Source of the DNA: Marsupella aquatica
Taxonomy: Eukaryota > Plantae > Marchantiophyta
Reading direction: 5' to 3'
Assembly (NCBI GenBank): GCA_973895155.1
Contig: OZ316898.1
Coordinates: 10,747,755 to 10,811,754, forward strand
DNA: 64,000 nt
This document shows positions 62,753 through 64,000 of the stretch, one piece after another (the first letter of the stretch is position 1; each line of letters begins with the position of its first letter). Below the pieces are notes generated by a model. That model had not been told where the DNA came from. It ran no database searches and saw only the letters and a list, made by a program, of their open reading frames with translations. A program made the position numbers and the translations under genes.

Positions 62753-63843
62753 CTACCAGTCTAGCCCAAGTTCTCTGGATGTGAAGAGGCCATTGACATA
62801 TCCAATCACAGGATCGGCTGAGTTCGCAAAGCTTTGCATGTATTCCTGTGCCGAATCCTCTGTAAGAGCAAGCAAGTTTATATTACAACCCAGCAAAATA
62901 TCAGCAACCACTTCATTAATGTATGCAGAGTCTACCCAACGCTCTTCAATACATACGTCAGCACGGACAAAACCCTAGACAGTGGCCAAGGCTCCACAGC
63001 AGGTAGAATTGTCAAGAGAGATCACAAATGCCAAACTGGAATATTTTGGAGCAAGAAATCAGAAGGCTGGAATTTACCTTTTTCGTTAAGTTTTGCCAGA
63101 AAGTGGGACTTGCTCGGGAGAACATACATGCCAGCAGCAACAGCCTTCCTTATAGCCCAGCCGTGATGTTGAGAAAAGACCTGATCATACGCTGTGGAAG
63201 CCGGGTCCCTTAAAGAGTTGCCTCTGCAAAAAAAGAAGCAAAAATATAGAAAGGATGACTTGCCGGTCTAGTGAACCTGAAGGATACCAATTCAGCATGA
63301 AGTATTTCCGTTCACCTAGCAGTTAAATCTAAAGAATTAAACATCATCCTGCACGCCTGTGTCTATTCTGCAGACAGAAAATGTCTTCCATTCCTATGGG
63401 AACTTGAAATCAATAGGGAAAATGATTGAAAGGATCTGGTCCTTCTCAACCTGAATCACCAGGAACCCGAGGCCTTGTTCAGACACTGAAAATACAATAG
63501 ACAGGTAGTTTTGTTATATGTGCATATGACCAGTCCCATCAATCGGAACCTTCAAATGCAATTCTACAAATGTTCCACCTACTACTTCACGTTCATTACT
63601 GAAGATCATCACAAACAAATTTAATGTGAAAAGAAAAATGAGGATGAAAACATGAGATACAATTGCTTACGATGTCATGAGAATATGGTCGAAGAGAACC
63701 CGGACCATATCCACACCTCGCTTGACCCGAAGCAAGTTTCGGGCATGACTCCCAGCCAGTCTTACTGTATCTGTGTTGATATCACCATCTATCATTTCTG
63801 TAAGAGTATTAAAACCTTTGCTGGCTTCTTGCAGATCTTTCAC
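62753..63843 (-). CDS. ACD11: ACCELERATED CELL DEATH 11 / GLTP-fold ceramide-1-phosphate transfer protein, last 3 exons (5' exons lie beyond the window)
   Basis: Exons 63843-63671, 63223-63078, 62859-62753. AGSHARNLLRVKRGVDMVRVLF, NSLRDPASTAYDQVFSQHHGWAIRKAV, LFTSRELGLDW*. Confidence 0.92.
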
Positions 63844-64000
63844 CTGCAGCCATACCCAAGAGGTCATCAGGAGACAAGGCAATCTCAATTTGTACGCTTC
63901 AATCTCGGCATTCACTTTGGGAAATGTCCAGTTCGTGCCCCTCGGATAAAGCAGAAACATTTCGAGTAAGAGAAGATCTTTATGAGTTGAAATCAACGCA

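Overview
Eukaryotic, intron-rich nuclear DNA from a land plant, most likely a bryophyte (liverwort-like mitochondrial insert that still needs C-to-U editing). I reconstructed gene models by hand from GT..AG splice sites and checked that the exon totals keep frame. Genes: 11-exon CER3/WAX2-type wax gene (14263-20179 +), chloroplast DnaJ-ferredoxin DJC76/77-like gene (34683-37523 +), divergent SKP1-like gene (39852-40760 +) next to an F-box pseudogene, intronless GT61-like glycosyltransferase (47081-48655 +), RCC1/UVR8-repeat gene (50855-53442 -), intronless SIVA-like zinc-finger gene (55783-56409 +), XRCC4 (58761-61307 -) and the 3' exons of ACD11 (62753-63843 -). Mobile or inserted DNA: a full-length Ty1/copia element (25980-32460, TSD TTTGA), a 5'-truncated non-LTR insertion with a 14-bp TSD, and a scrambled NUMT (nad9, ccmB, group II intron maturase). 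Best second-look items: an in-frame UGA at the copia gag/protease boundary followed by a stem-loop (possible programmed readthrough); the full-length SIVA homologue, enclosed by a ~450-bp inverted duplication of the RCC1 gene leader; the shuffled, unedited NUMT; and a templated-insertion repair scar. No database searches were run; family calls rest on recognised motifs.
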